From positions 62,001 through 126,000 of the forward strand of contig NW_020845585.1 in NCBI RefSeq assembly GCF_003704095.1: 64,000 nt of DNA. The letters run 5' to 3'. Made by a program: the position numbers and the translations under genes. Source of the DNA: Pocillopora damicornis. Its lineage: Eukaryota. This document shows, piece by piece, positions 12,425 through 26,580 of this stretch; the stretch's first letter is position 1, and each line of letters opens with the position of its first letter. The notes beneath the pieces are model-generated. The model was given only the letters and a program-made list of their open reading frames with translations. It searched no databases and had not been told where the DNA came from.

Positions 12425-15400
12425 TTAAGGTGTGTGAACGTGAAGCCTTACGATTCTCCGGCGCCTTCGTATGAAATAGATGTACAAGGCGATAACTGCA
12501 AAAGCTATGGCTGAATATAAAATCAGACACATGCTGGCGTCAATGGAACTCAGACCGATTATACTAAGATGAGAAACAGAATGACGCTTGGAATGTTTGC
12601 TTACAATATCAGTGTCCTCTAACTCTGGGGCTGATCGCGCTGGCGGTTTCTTAATCCTGATATTGTCTACTCCATAATGATTCTTCAAAAATTCCAAGAC
12701 GACCGCCTCATTCCACTGAACGTTGTGATCATCAGAGCCAGGAACCCGACACTCCTCACAAAGGTCCTTAGACGGAAATTGGATCTTGGGGTGCTTCGGA
12801 TCCTCACTTTGGTCGCCAGCCAGTCGATCATTCACCTTGTTGTGACCCCGCCACAGCCATAGGATTGCCTCGTTGTGCGAATGGACTTCGTTACTAAGAT
12901 TTGAAGACATCGCCGTGAAGTGTTTCCTACATTCTTCGCAGCTAAAGAAGTAGCGGATGAATTCTCTGATACGAGAGAGAACATCCAGACCTGTTAGCTG
13001 GTGGCTCGAGCCGCAGTTCACGGTGAGCGTGTGGAATAAAGTCCATAAACTACACGGGTAGCCTCGGTACTCTGGCTTGCTACCAGAACAAGCCGCCCAC
13101 TTAACCTTTTTGGGTAGAGGATGGGCGTTTGAGCCACCGTCCAGTTTCACGTTCGCCTGAAAATAAATTGTAGAGACACTGTACAATCAGCCACTGTCAC
13201 ATGATTAACGTCAGTGACTTGCAACTCGCTTACCTAAACTTTCCCCCACGTAATTCATGCTATACAGCCACTAGGAGTAACACTTCTTTCCCTTGATGGG
13301 GTGCTAGTCACAACAGGCTACCTCATTCACAGTAGTCTTGCAGTTGTTGGTGTCCACACTGATCGAGTTCACCAAAAAATGTCCTGGGCCATTCTTTTAA
13401 CATCAATTTTTTTACTTGAATAAAACCCGCAAAATGTCTACCCTTGTATATGCTTTCACAAAATTGAAATCAATACTAACTTTAAATGCTTTATTCGGGC
13501 TGACCACCTTTGAAGCGAGCGCTCCCTGGGCTGTATTGCTAACTACAATGAAAACTTAACCCTGGCTTAGTGTCCACCGTGGTTAGAACACTAACCTGAG
13601 ATCAGAGACAGGCAAACTCAGAGGTAGTGTGGAAGAGTTTGTTAGCCCACCAATACCGGGGTAGACTGGGGTGTTCTCCAATTCTATGGGTTTACTGGCC
13701 AATTACTGTCGATAAGAAACGACTGGAACGATTGCTACCCAGCCAGGACAAGACGCTAGTCAAAAGCCGATAACCTCCCAGAGATTAGTCAAAGTTTCCC
13801 TGGAAGTTCGCAGCGACCCACGAATATTCCTGAGAGGGGATAAGTCCTGTGAGAGTGAGATGTTTTACCCACACGGCTAGAGCTCGAACCCAAACCTCTC
13901 GATCGGCAGTCCAGCGCAAGAATCAATCGGCTATCACCTCTGGCACAGCCGATCCATTAGTTTACCGCTTCAGTCACACACGACAAGTCATTCATCGATG
14001 CGAACTTCACCAGGAAAAAAACACGGCTTTTTTTTGTAATCACACGAAGCTGAAATCCCACCTTAGCGGCAGAAACGACCCAAGTAAATCAGGCCTTGCT
14101 TTTATGTTTTTGGGAATGAGCTGAAGGAAAAAGTTCACCTGTAAAAACTTACCTGAGATCGCTGCACATTGTACAAATATTCCGACCTGAAAATGTTTGT
14201 CCGCGTGAGAGGCAACTTGGCGTGTAAGTTGTTTAACACCTGGCCCAAGGATGGTCTTCCAGGAAAACACTGAAAATATACATTTTTTTTAATGGAGTTA
14301 GTCATTATCTCTGACTGACGTGCACTCTACTTATGTACTCTAATTATCTACTCTAAATATTGGAGACTAACAAAGTTTAAGCATGCATTGTTAACAAATG
14401 TCGTCATCATTATCATCACAGTCATTGACGTTATCATTAACTGAATAAAAAAGAGACTAAATTAACCATTCAACAGAAGTGATTTTGTCATAAGATAGGG
14501 ATACACAATGTATCACACACATGTAGCGTACTTCTGAAAACGGATGAAATCTCTAGGTTACCTTTGCCAGCATTCCTATAAAGTTCCTCAGCGCCAAGTA
14601 CTCATCTCCCTGGATGATCGGCTTGGTAGCCACTTCAACGTTCAGCATAAAAGATAAACCACTTTCTAAGTCTTGCATATATACCTCGGAACTGTTTCAA
14701 AAAGAGGGAAAAAATGCCTTCATAACGTAAATCTTACCAAATCAGTTATTTGGGGAACAACAAGTACATATTATATGATTCAAATGGAGATTAACGGACC
14801 AACCAAATGAAACTGACACACTGAACTGACTGGCTTGTGGGTAGAATGACTGGTAGGCTAACTGACTGACTAACTGGCTGGCTGGTCGGCTGGCGGACAA
14901 AATGACTGACTGACTGATATACAGACTGAGCAACTGACTAACTGGCTGGCTGAGTGACTTACTGGCTTGCTGGTCAGCTGGCTGACAAAATGACTGACTG
15001 ACAGACTGAGCAACCGACTAACTGACTGACAGACTGAGCAACTGACTGAGTGACTGATTGGCTTGCTAGTCAGCTGGCTGATGAAATGATTGACTGACTG
15101 ACAGACAGACTAAGCAACTGACTGACTGACTTACAGACTGAGCAACTGACTGACTGACTCACTAGTTGACTAGGTACACCTGACTGACTGGCTGGCTGAT
15201 GGAATGAATAACTAACTGACTAACTGATTTATGCACAGACTAGGTTACACAGATTAACTTAACTGAACAAACAATTGAGAACTAACTGATTGGCTCAACT
15301 GATTTGAGAGAAAATCAGTAAACAGTCAATTTCTTTATTCACATAGTCATTTGATAAGAAAGGTATTACCACAATGTTCCCACCTGCTTCCAGCTTCTTG

Positions 15401-18400
15401 CTTTCTTTTCTCTGCTTTTCCATGCAATCTCTTGTACAGAGTCATAGCTTCAGTGATTTCTGGGAGCTCCACAGAAGGCTTCACTCCTAAACAAAGTTCT
15501 TCAAGGGATTTTTTGTAGCTAGCATGTGTCTTTTCATCACTGCACAAATGAGAAAAAATAATTGTAGCAAAAAGGTCTCTGGTTTTTTCTAATCCTATGC
15601 AGTTACAAATTGTATCAAAAAAGTTTTCACTTACTGTGAAAGTTCTTTAAATGTGCCTCTTCGATGGACCACAATAAGAGAAGGGAATTTCTTTATTGCA
15701 TATTTCTCTACCAAAAATTTCTGTGTAGAAGAGTAAAATGATTGATCAGTATTTTCTAAAAATTTGGAATTGGAAGACCATCAAGTTACTTGATTGCAAG
15801 GGGGTGACCAGTTATTTCACCCAGAGCTGAGTAGCCTAGGGCATTATAAGAGACTGAGGAGCCTTTAAAAAATGCTTTCTCTGATTGTTTCTTTACTTAC
15901 TGGTACATGTTGTGACCTAGATAGAGTGTTAACCTCCTATGCCCAAATAACAGCTAAGTTATCCATACTGTATTTGTTTAACAATCAAGAGCTTCTTTTG
16001 TAGGTGATCATGTACTTCATTCTTGTGACCTTAATGTTTGATTGAGGGGTGATATTGTAAAGAGAAATTTGATGCTAGTCAATTATAGGAGTTACAGAAT
16101 TAATGAGTCCCTCTACATTGATGAGACATCATTTGATTAGTGAATCTTAGCTACTTGGAGTTTTTGCTGTGAAGATATCTAGCTAGATGCCAAATTGTGC
16201 TGAGCGAGGGAATGGAACCAAATGTGTAATGACAACAGACACCAAATGAGGTCTCAAGACGACAAATATTTAAAAGTGAGTTAAATAGAAAAAAAAGAAG
16301 GACAAAAAGTGACAATGATATAGGAAAATGATGGCCAATTCAAGCTGTACCAGAGCAAGGAATATGTTTCAAACATGTATTAAAATTCTGACCAGTAAGA
16401 TTCATGCCCTAGAAGCAAAATAAGCTCACAAGGTGATTGTCTGACAAAAAAAAAGAGTCAAATCAAATAAAATCTGTAAAAAACTTCAAAATATGGTGAA
16501 TAAGCTGACAAATACGTGTCACGTTTAACCATATGGCTGCCAAATATTCATGCAAAAATCAAATTGAAGACAAGAATTAAAATTGCTCATATCTATTTTC
16601 GAACCGTTTTCATCTTTGATTTCAAGACTTTGAAGCCCTTTTCCAGTGGAGCATTCTTCTGTATGTTTGCTCTTTGTTTGTGAGGTCTAAAAGGAGTATT
16701 TTTATCAAGAATGGAGCAAAAGAAGGAAAAACCACCTTGATGATTTTAAGGAACAGTCCAACAATATATTTCCATATTGAACATTGGGACTGTTGTCATT
16801 GTCGATATTAAGACTTTGAAGCCCTTTTTTCCCAGTTGAGTATCCTGCACACATTTCCTGTTCATTTGTAAGGTCACATTTGCTGTTCATTTGTAAGGTC
16901 TACACAGGTGTATTTTGATCAAGGATGGAGTGAAAAAAAAAAAAGGAAAAAACCCACCAGATCATTTCAGCCTATAAGCCTGACAGCAGATGCCAATTTG
17001 AATTATGTTGATAAATCCATGTACTCAGGCAACTATTTCGGCCTTTGTACCACCTCAGTTATTTTAACAGAAATCAAATGCATGATATAGGGAAAAGAGG
17101 AAAATCTAAAAAGGGAAGCAGGGAATAACCCATTTAATCCAAGTTTTAATGAATAAAATTAATTGTCTGACAGAACAGAGAATGGAGGGAGGGAATGAAG
17201 GAGTAATTAAGTAAATTTCTGACTGATGTTATACCATGAGATAAAATGTCAACATAATATCTGTAGAGGATGCAACTTATTGCAATGGTGCAACGATTGT
17301 GTTTGCCAAGATTAAGATATAGACAAGACACTCACATTTCGACTCAGGACTCTTCTGACACCCAACCCTGGGCATTTCATCATGTCTAACATGACCTGAA
17401 AAAATATATAATCATGGTTATATTCAGCTCAATAGTGAAAGCATACAATGCAATTTACAATGACTTTCAACTACTAATTTGATTTTTTATTGTTAAGCAC
17501 CATAATTGATTTACAAAGAGTATACAAATCACAGTAGTTTAATTAAAATCATTTTCAGCTACAAAAGATATAGGATTTAATTTTGTGCAGTCAAAACTTA
17601 ACGACAGGCTACTAAAAATATCTAATCATTGGGGCCTGCTTTAGAAAGAACTCACCTCACGACCAATGTATGAAGTTGGTACCTCAAAAATTAATGCCAA
17701 CTCATCATACGATGTTTTACCCTCCACAAAACTGGATACAAATTCTTTCCTGCAGGAAAAATTTAAATTTAGGTAATAAAGAAACTGAATTCAATGCCAA
17801 CAAAACTTTATAAACATTAATAAATTAAAAGAAATAGCAAATGTGTGGAAGGGTGGCAATTTTTTACATCAAAATCATATCTCTTTATTATATTAACTGC
17901 GGTGTTTACAGCCCCGAGAAAAGCCTTAATTAATGCAAAATTCAATATATTTTTGTGAAATGGGTTTGATATTCCCATCATCTACTGACAGGTAACTCAC
18001 CTACTGACAGGTAACTTGCCTTTCTCACCATTCTATTAGGCAGATGAATGAATAACAAAGTGTTCACCAGTCGACTTTTCTTGTCAGTAAAGACTTATAG
18101 TGTTTATTTTACCAAACAAGATAACAAGTGGTTGCTTGTAGATATGGCATTTCTCTTCCTGTGTTCAACTTGATATCTCTTGAGTTAGCATAGAGAATTA
18201 TGGAGATATGAAGTTGAACACTTGAAGATATCAACACCCACCCATACATCATTCTTTATTTCTCAATTAGCTTACCTTATGGGTACAAAATCCAAATCTG
18301 TACGAATTAACCCAAGCGTTTTTTGTAGCTCAGCAACCTTGACCATTTCATGGATAATACCTAGAAGTGTTCTTTCTCCTAATTGAAATAAAGAAAATTA

Positions 18401-21400
18401 ATAAATTTCAATTCCAACTATTAACCAAAATTTCACACAAACTGAGCAATAAAAGATAATTATGACAAAATCCCCAATTGTGATCGGTCATTAGCCACTT
18501 TTATCTGAGCATTTGTAGGACAGTATACATATATGGTTGTGTACAAAAGCATAATAGGACAGTTTAGAAATCATGCCATACATGTAACTGACATTCAAGT
18601 GAAGGCAGATCTGATCGGTTGTCAACTTTGGTTTTTTTTTCAGTGAAGTCTTTCTCAAACATATTCCTACTTTCTTGTAACAAAACTGATATTAAAAATA
18701 TCTTTTTATCTTGTTAGGCATGATCTTAGAAAAATTGAAAGGTTAAATTCTACACATAATCTATTAATTGACTTAGCACTAACTCAAGAGTGCAAAAAAT
18801 TTTAAGCATGCCATCTTTTAATTACTGTTAATCATTTTGAGATTATTTACAAATCACCAAAATAGTGAAAATAATAAGAATCAATCATTAAATAATAACA
18901 TCCAAAAATAAAAAAAATCACAGTTAATGCTTCATGGGAATATTTAATATCCTAACTGTATGTGACAAGAAAGTTATCTACATCATATCCTAACATCATA
19001 CCTGTAAATGTTTTGCCTAGATTAGAGCTTGGAGCAGATGCATTAAAAAACTGTTGGAGAGAAAACATCAGCAGAAGGGTAAATATAGTGTGTTGAAACA
19101 AAAGCGCCTGGATGTACACAGTAAATCTTTTCTGTTAATAATTAAGACTCAGCATAAATAATAATGTCAAGACACTTTATAAGTAAATCAATAGCATTAT
19201 TTCATGAGAAAAATGCTTCCATGCACTAGTTTATACAGCTGTATATTTCATCAAGCAAACAAATTCCATCTGAAATGACATATGATTTAAACTGTGTTGT
19301 TGGTTTTTATGGTGCTTCATTCTCGAAAGGGATCAATGGCAATACTTCATGTGTATTTGTAGAGAAAGAAGACCTCCGATGACATGAAAGCCCCTTTTTT
19401 GTGTAATATAATCTGAGAAACTCAAGTGGTGTGCTGTTTGATTTCACATGGTCTTGGACCAAGAAAATTTTGCTGATCTCTTCTTGCCTAAATCTTCTCT
19501 ACATTCTCTGTATCAAGAATGTAGATCACTAGTCATATAATATCATAAAATTGTCTTCATACAAAACATCCCTAAATGTGGTCCATAAGAAAATTTTGAT
19601 AATTTTGTAATAAAAGCCTGTTTGTGTATTATCTCCAGAAGTGTCACAGCCCACAGAAAATGCACAGATACAATTGACAGTTTGTTGCAAAGCTCCTTTT
19701 TTTCCAGGCTTCCCAGAGCACCTTCAAATTCAGAATTAAAGCCAAATCCTACATCACACAGCACCTGACCCCTTGAGTCTCTAATTCCACATTAAGATAA
19801 GATTGACAGTGGAGACACACAAAGTTTAGCAGTCATTGTGACTCATTGCAGGTCATAAATCACAGAAAAAATTCAATTTAATTGCTATGCATAATTTTGT
19901 ACAAAAAAAAAAAAAATTATCTTAAAGCACAGACTTTTGACCCAAAGACAAATTGTATTATCATAAAATAACGAGTCATGACACATTGTGTAACCTTCCA
20001 ACTTCTAACAATGGCTAGCTACTTAGTTTTGGCTTATAGTATCACCACTGAAAGAGAAAAACAAAAATGATAGCCAGCTAAAAAGCTTTTGATTGTTATC
20101 AAAATTCTCCTTGTCATTACCACAGGCAATATATAAATTATACTGTGGAGAATATGCATACTGATGTAAAGTGTTAAGAGTTAACAATAAACAGATTGTA
20201 TGACTCGTTGTATGGACCTGCCACAGTGACCTGTTGCCTTGTGTTTCATGACCTCTGTTATAATGCCATGCTAAACTGAGCACCAACAAATGACTGGTGT
20301 GTCACACTCACCTTTACAGAAGGATAACCTTCTATTTGATAATGTACACATGTTGCTAGATTACGTTCTTCAGCACAATCGATAGCAGCAACATGTATAA
20401 GCTGCTTCCAGTCTATAAATTAAAGAATGTAGGTAACAGTGAGAACTCAATGGAAAAAGGGCAAATTCTAAAATTAAGAGGAGATTCACAATGCGGCTAC
20501 ACAATATCCTCTGTTTAAACTTTTCCTTGTTTGTTTTAATTATTGTTCATATTTAAGGCAAGATGTGTAACAATGAAAAATTCAAAAAATTGATTTCAAG
20601 ACAGACATGATTTCATAAATGAACTTATAAAAATAGTTCATTATAATTCCTGTCATAATCCATCTGATATTTTTGCTTGCTAGTAATTGATATAATTGCA
20701 TCACATGATGGAGCATGCCCCAGCTACAACTAGGGAATATCTGAGGATATAACCCAAGTGATATTTGCCAATTTTCAAACCGTACATCAACTGCAATAAA
20801 AGCAATTGTTTAACATTCAAATCAAGATGAAAGAGCATTTAGCTGTTGTTACAGAGAAAGGGATGTTTTTTGGTTCATTAAGTCATACCAGAGATTACTG
20901 AAAAGTAAATATCCCATGTGCAGCAAACAGTCAATTGTTTCAAACACCAATTCATTGCAACTATCGATACATACTATCAAACCAAATAGAGGCTACTGCT
21001 TAATGTATAATTCTTGACCCTTTAACTCCTAAGATCTGATTGTTAATTCTCCCTTCCTGTCAATTTTGTTTTCTTCTTTTCCTCTACAAGTGAATTTTGC
21101 ATTTAAAAGAAAACCAAGTGCTTGTGGAAGACAGGGGAAGGAAACAAAACTTTGCATGAAGCCAAGATGGACACTGCACATTTTAAAGGCAAAAAGACCA
21201 AAAAGCTAAATTTTTCCACAGATTTTGTTTGAAATTGTACTTTAAGATGGTTCTGATCAGAAATCTGATTTAATCTAAAGTAGATATAATGTTCCTTCTA
21301 AAAATAATCAATAAAAATCATTCATCAAAGAAATAGGAGGCATCTGCATATAGGCTATCATGCTTAGACTCAATATTAAATTCTATATATATCATACATT

Positions 21401-22706
21401 TCAGCTGTTCAATAAAACTGGCACAGGTAAAATTTATCTCTGTTTTAAAACAGATTTTAGTGCAAAACAAAGCGATGAGAAAATCATTATTTCATTTCAT
21501 GCAAAAAGATACCTTATTTTCACAAGAAAGGTGTAGCACTTAGACTTATTTCTTCAGTGAAGCTTTCTCTTTGACAAATAGCTTTTTGTTCAAAAAGAAA
21601 GGCCTTGTGCCTGTCTAAATTAGACATAATGAATATACTTGTTATTCTGAATAAATTTGCCTCAATAATAATGGCTGGTTTTCTTTCCGAGCTTAATGTT
21701 TTAATTGAAACAAGCAAACAGCTTCCACATGTATCCCTTGTGTCTAAGTCTTGTTTATCCACACCATCATTTGGTTTTAGTAAGATCACGACTTTAAAGC
21801 AAATCAAAATAAAGGATATAAAAGAGCTGAAAAGGATCAGCAAGTAAAATAAAATGAAAACCAATGGGGTTTTGTCGCGAATAGGTTCTCAAAAAACCAG
21901 CTGTTTACTTATAATTTACATTTAAATAGACTTCCTCTTCGAAACTTCATTCCGTGGGCCAATACAAGAAATATAATGGTTTTCGTTCTTTCAGCTCAAG
22001 CTTTAAGTTCGTTTCAGCCTTATTTCTGCAGCAGGCACCGAAGAAGGAATGACGATTTAAAAAAATTCCCCATAACTGTGTGGTGTTAAGTTCCCTTTCC
22101 TCTGTGACTGATAAATAATTTATCAGGATAAAGAAAATGAACTTGCGACGGCAGCTGACTTTTGTCGCCAATCTTAGATTCGACAGATTGACCCTGACAA
22201 AACATATTATTCGCTTCTTAGCAAATAAAAGGGAAGGGTTGGGAAAATAGTTCGCCCTGAAACAATTATTATAGAGATCTCATTCCCTCTTATTTCATGT
22301 CATTAAAAATAGATCACATCCAAACAAAGAACATTCGATCGCGAGCAGATTGATAGATTTTTAGTTATCCACTCTTGTAGTTCTTTCCCAATTTCCTCAG
22401 TCATATCACATCATAAATAAATTTCTACCGCAAGATACATTCTATTCGTTAGGACTCACCTTTTGCCATTTTTGCCAGCTTCTTCCATGTAGGAGCAAAC
22501 GCATGACAATGTCCGCAAAAACTGGAATAAAATTCTACTACCCAAGCCGATGGGCTATTATGAATTACACTGGAGATTGTATCGTTTTCTAAAAGAACCA
22601 TTTGATCGGCTGACGAATATAAAACGCCATAAGAAAGTCTAAAAGAAAGGAAAAAAACAAAACAAACTACAAAACAACAGCGTATGTTTCCTCTGTGTTC
22701 GGCCAT
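12425..22706 (-). CDS. QSOX: Quiescin sulfhydryl oxidase (thioredoxin + Erv/FAD domains, C-terminal transmembrane helix), 11 exons
   Basis: Exon 1 (22706-22460) has a signal peptide and WVVEFYSSFCGHC. Later exons encode VAAIDCAEERN..C...IEGYPSVK (~20.3-20.4 kb), VYMQDLESGL..ML..EVA (~14.6 kb) and CFPGRP (~14.2 kb). The last exon (13156-12425) has YRGYPCSLWTLFH, FFSCEECRKHF, WLWRGHNKVNDRL, DPKHPKIQFP, a TM helix and an RRRRR stop-transfer. Confidence 0.95.
14820..15230. repeat. Degenerate (ACTG/GCTG)n tetranucleotide microsatellite in a QSOX intron
   Basis: About 400 bp of ACTG/ACTA/GCTG units with a recurring higher-order block, ACAGACTGAGCAACTGAC. Confidence 0.9.
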
Positions 22707-24198
22707 CTTTCATGACGACCGCGATTTACCGCTGGTTGTATTGAAGGCTCATAAAATTTGACTGAAGACCGAGAGCGATTGCTGGCCTGTCAAGAGGCTT
22801 CTAAAAGAACAAATATTTTTATAAAGGTCCGACATCGGCTATTATCTGATAAAGATTCGGTTTCTGATTGCATGGAAATTGACCAAGAGAGGGCAAGAAC
22901 AGGTCCCCCTGATCGCCTAAATTATTCGATTGTCTACAGCTTTCCTATGTGAATTTTTTCACACCTGCGTAACTTTTTAAATCAATAGTATTATTTATTA
23001 GGACATAATCGCAAACCGTATTGACTCGTGCTGCTTTGTGACCTGCCGAAAACTGTTTCAAATGACCAATTTTTTCAGCCGGGTCTTTGAAATATTCCAC
23101 ATCGGATGCTTTGGTCGAGTTCACGAATCAGGTGAAGCATGGGCCCCGGGTTGCTGGGCGAGAACTGCGTAAGCGATTTAGAAGTCAAAGGCATGACGCT
23201 TTCCGCTAATATTACTCCAATTTCCAAAAATGTTCCCAATACTAACGAATATTGCTGAAGCTTCATTTTGGAATCCACGTCCACAAGATGCAAGTCCAAT
23301 TTATAGTCGATATGGGAGAGTAAGGCTTATGGTTGCACAACCCTTTGACCCCTAGAAGTGACTGGCATCTATATTCTCCATACAATGTCTCCAAAGAATC
23401 AAACATTAAGGTAACGAGAATAAAGGAAAAAATCACGAACTAAACAAGCTCTTGATTTTTAAACAAATACTTCTTGTCGACACCACAGAAAATGTGTAGA
23501 GAACGGTATGAAGAGTATGTATTCTGATCAGTGTTGGGATGTAAATGGTTAAAATGAAGTGCACGTAATAACGAGTACATTTGACATAAGTGCACGTGAT
23601 ACCTTTTTTACACATATTTCACCGTGTTAGCAAATGCAACAGCTGGGAAAGGCACTGAGATGAAAAATCAAAAACTGCTGACAAAATGACAGTTCCAAAA
23701 ACGACAGTCTATTTATAAGTTTATTCCTAAATATTTCTTCGAAAAAGCAGGAAAGGCTGACTGAAAGACTGAGAGGATCATTTACTGTAATCTCCCTAGA
23801 ATCTACAGGCAGCTAGGGTAGGAGCCGGCAACCAGGTTTCCAACAATGGCGCGTGAAGGTGGCTCTAACTCCAGGCTCCCTCAACGGCCAGACTCGGTTG
23901 CTGTACGGTTGCTGATTGAGAGTTTTGCTTTGGTGTTGCTCTCTTCAAGCTGAGAAAACGATGCGATTTAGAGCGAAAAGAGAGGAGCGATTCGTGAACA
24001 AATCGCACTGCTGAGAGCCCATCAGATTGCAGAGATCATCTATGATTTAAAAATTGATGCAATAAATCGAGATACCACTCAATCATTTAATCGCTGATAA
24101 TTTTTTTTTCTGTATTATTATCGTAACCTGTTGGCTAGATAATGTACATTCATATCACAACATGAAGCTAATTGTTAAGCATTTCCAGGACTTACTGA

Positions 24199-25692
24199 TT
24201 AATATGAGTTTTTCGTACAATCGATCAGTTGGAAGTTCCTGCCACGCATCTTTACGCCATTTTGAACAAGAAAATCACGAATAATCCGGCTACTCACTAT
24301 AATATACCAACAACCTTCGTGTTCTTGACAGATAAGTTTTATAACTCCCAGCTGAACAAAACCTTCCAAACTTTCGGCAATTTCCAGTATTGAAACGTCG
24401 GGAAAGTTCTTCTTTCTTTCACTACGTTGTGCTGTGAAACCAAGCTTGTATAAACTCTCATCTTTTGTGTTCATTTCGTCGTGGGAATGCTCAATCACAA
24501 GAACCGAACATTGACGATCATCTTCCGAAGCTGAAAACCCTTTGTCTTTCGAAGATATATTTTTTAAGTCTTTTTCCTTGTTTCTGTATTTTTCGTTAGG
24601 TCTCTGAGGTAAATTTGATGTGCTTTCCTCTTGGCTGTTTCTAGCTGTCTTAAAGTTTCTGTTGCCGCCTCTCGTGGTTTTCCTACCTTCAATTTGAGGA
24701 AATATCTCTTCCTCTTTTACTCCGGATTTCAAAACTTTTTTCACCCACTTAGACTTCTTTTTGCTTTTCATTGACTTGATGTCAAATATTCCTACACTGC
24801 TGTTATGAAGCATTTTCAAGAAATTGGTTTTCGGTGCTGGCATTAAAGGGTAAGATCGCGATCTCAAGTGATGATTACTGGTTTGCAGCGGAGCAGTCGA
24901 TTGTTTACGGTTCTTCATGTGTTCTTGACTCTTTTCTGATATTCCTTTCTCGCCATTTATAAGAGTGGACGCCCCCTGCCTGACTTTCAAGAAATTTGTG
25001 TCTGGTTCAACCGCTATCGAGAGGTGAGACCGAGATCTCCAGTGATGACCATTGGTTTGCAGAGGAGCAGTCGATTGTTTTCGGTTATTTCTACGTTCTT
25101 GACTCGTTCCTGATTTTCCAGTTTCACTAACTTCAAGAGTAAACGTCCCCTGCCTAACAAGAGGGGCCGAAAAAGATACAGTTTTATTTCCTATTGTTTT
25201 GTGATTTGACTGAGCCGAAGTCTTCACAGTTTTTCCGTAACAACGTCTATTAGTATCTGTGTTTTGATCAACAGCTAATGACTCTGGCCTACTCATTTTA
25301 TTTTTAGCGGGCTGAAAATCTCTTTCTTTAACTTTTACACTATCCTTGGTAATATTTCGCTCTTGCACTCGAAGTTTCGATCTGCTGAGAAGTTTTCCCT
25401 TCTTTGTTTTAGCTCGCATCAATGCTGTGTTTCCATGCCGACCGTCATTGTGTTTGTCGTAGTTATGTGAAAATCCTCTTGCACAGGAAGAAGTCGCTAA
25501 AAACCGAGGCTCCTGTTTGTCAAAATCCACCAAATCGACCTCGCCTAAAATTTCCGACAAGTCCTGATCACCAGTCTGAAACTTTCTATCACAGCCAATA
25601 CAGCCTTTCCCAGTACACAGAATATTCCCTATTTTCGTTTGGTGGACCCGATCTCTTGTGTACAATGGAGCTGTCGATATGAGCTCGCTCAT
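24199..25692 (-). CDS. Intronless ~497-aa uncharacterised protein: basic disordered body, internal 58-aa duplication, C-terminal domain resembling LINE ORF1p
   Basis: 1.5-kb uninterrupted ORF in AT-rich DNA. The first in-frame ATG is at 25692; the track's start at 25782 is a TTG. Confidence 0.75.
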   Translation of the reverse strand: MSELISTAPLYTRDRVHQTKIGNILCTGKGCIGCDRKFQTGDQDLSEILGEVDLVDFDKQEPRFLATSSCARGFSHNYDKHNDGRHGNTALMRAKTKKGKLLSRSKLRVQERNITKDSVKVKERDFQPAKNKMSRPESLAVDQNTDTNRRCYGKTVKTSAQSNHKTIGNKTVSFSAPLVRQGTFTLEVSETGKSGTSQERRNNRKQSTAPLQTNGHHWRSRSHLSIAVEPDTNFLKVRQGASTLINGEKGISEKSQEHMKNRKQSTAPLQTSNHHLRSRSYPLMPAPKTNFLKMLHNSSVGIFDIKSMKSKKKSKWVKKVLKSGVKEEEIFPQIEGRKTTRGGNRNFKTARNSQEESTSNLPQRPNEKYRNKEKDLKNISSKDKGFSASEDDRQCSVLVIEHSHDEMNTKDESLYKLGFTAQRSERKKNFPDVSILEIAESLEGFVQLGVIKLICQEHEGCWYIIVSSRIIRDFLVQNGVKMRGRNFQLIDCTKNSY

Positions 25693-26580
25693 TGTTTTCT
25701 TACTTGAAACAGAACACTGTGAATACGAAGTTGACGAAGGTCGCTGAAGCAAAAAATCCTCACTTCGTCTGGACACCGTCAAAGAGTAGAAAAATAAACC
25801 TCTTTTCGTAAAACATGTCTACCAGTCTTAAAGTGCGACTGAAAACTCATAGGAATTCATAGATATACTCCTTTAGTCGAAAACAATGTATTTAAAATTC
25901 ATTTTCAATCCTTTTTGATTGGTGAACGCGGACACCTGCCGTTTACCATCGCGATCAATTAGCGCTTTGATTGGACAAAATGTTTATTTTATGCAGTGCT
26001 TTGATGAAAGGGGTGAAAACTCGGCACAGCAAGTAAGATATTACAATGAAATGACAACTTGCTATTTGCACAAAATATGTACTCGATCACTTTTGTGAAA
26101 TTATGCATGTGGGGCGACGTCCAAAGAATTAATTCACACGACGGAGACAAACTATCGTGATTAACCAGAAGCAGACCACATAATATAAAATGGCTTTTTG
26201 CGTTTGGAGTGTTACAGTTGAAACTGTAATACTTTTAATTTTAAAGATTTCAAACATATGTTTTTGAGAGCTTCGGTAAGGAACATATTAAAGTGTATCT
26301 TTTCCGCCAGAAAAATTCCCGGCTATTGCATGTCTTCCCCAAAAAATGATAAATATAGAGTGTAAAATTCTACACAAAAGCTGTCGGAAAGACTTTCATA
26401 AATAACAAAACCACGTCTAAACGTCTAAGGATGAAAATAAGTGAAAACCAATTGTCATGGAAATCAGATACATTTTGTCGATCTGAAAATGCACCAGTGA
26501 TAAAAAACAAATCAGGAATAAAATATGAGGCACGAAAGATGACAACCCAATTTACTAAACTCCAATAATTTTTATCGAGG

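Noticed and set aside
23075-23299. 74-aa ORF upstream of QSOX
   Set aside because: Non-ATG start, no recognisable motif and no supporting exon chain.
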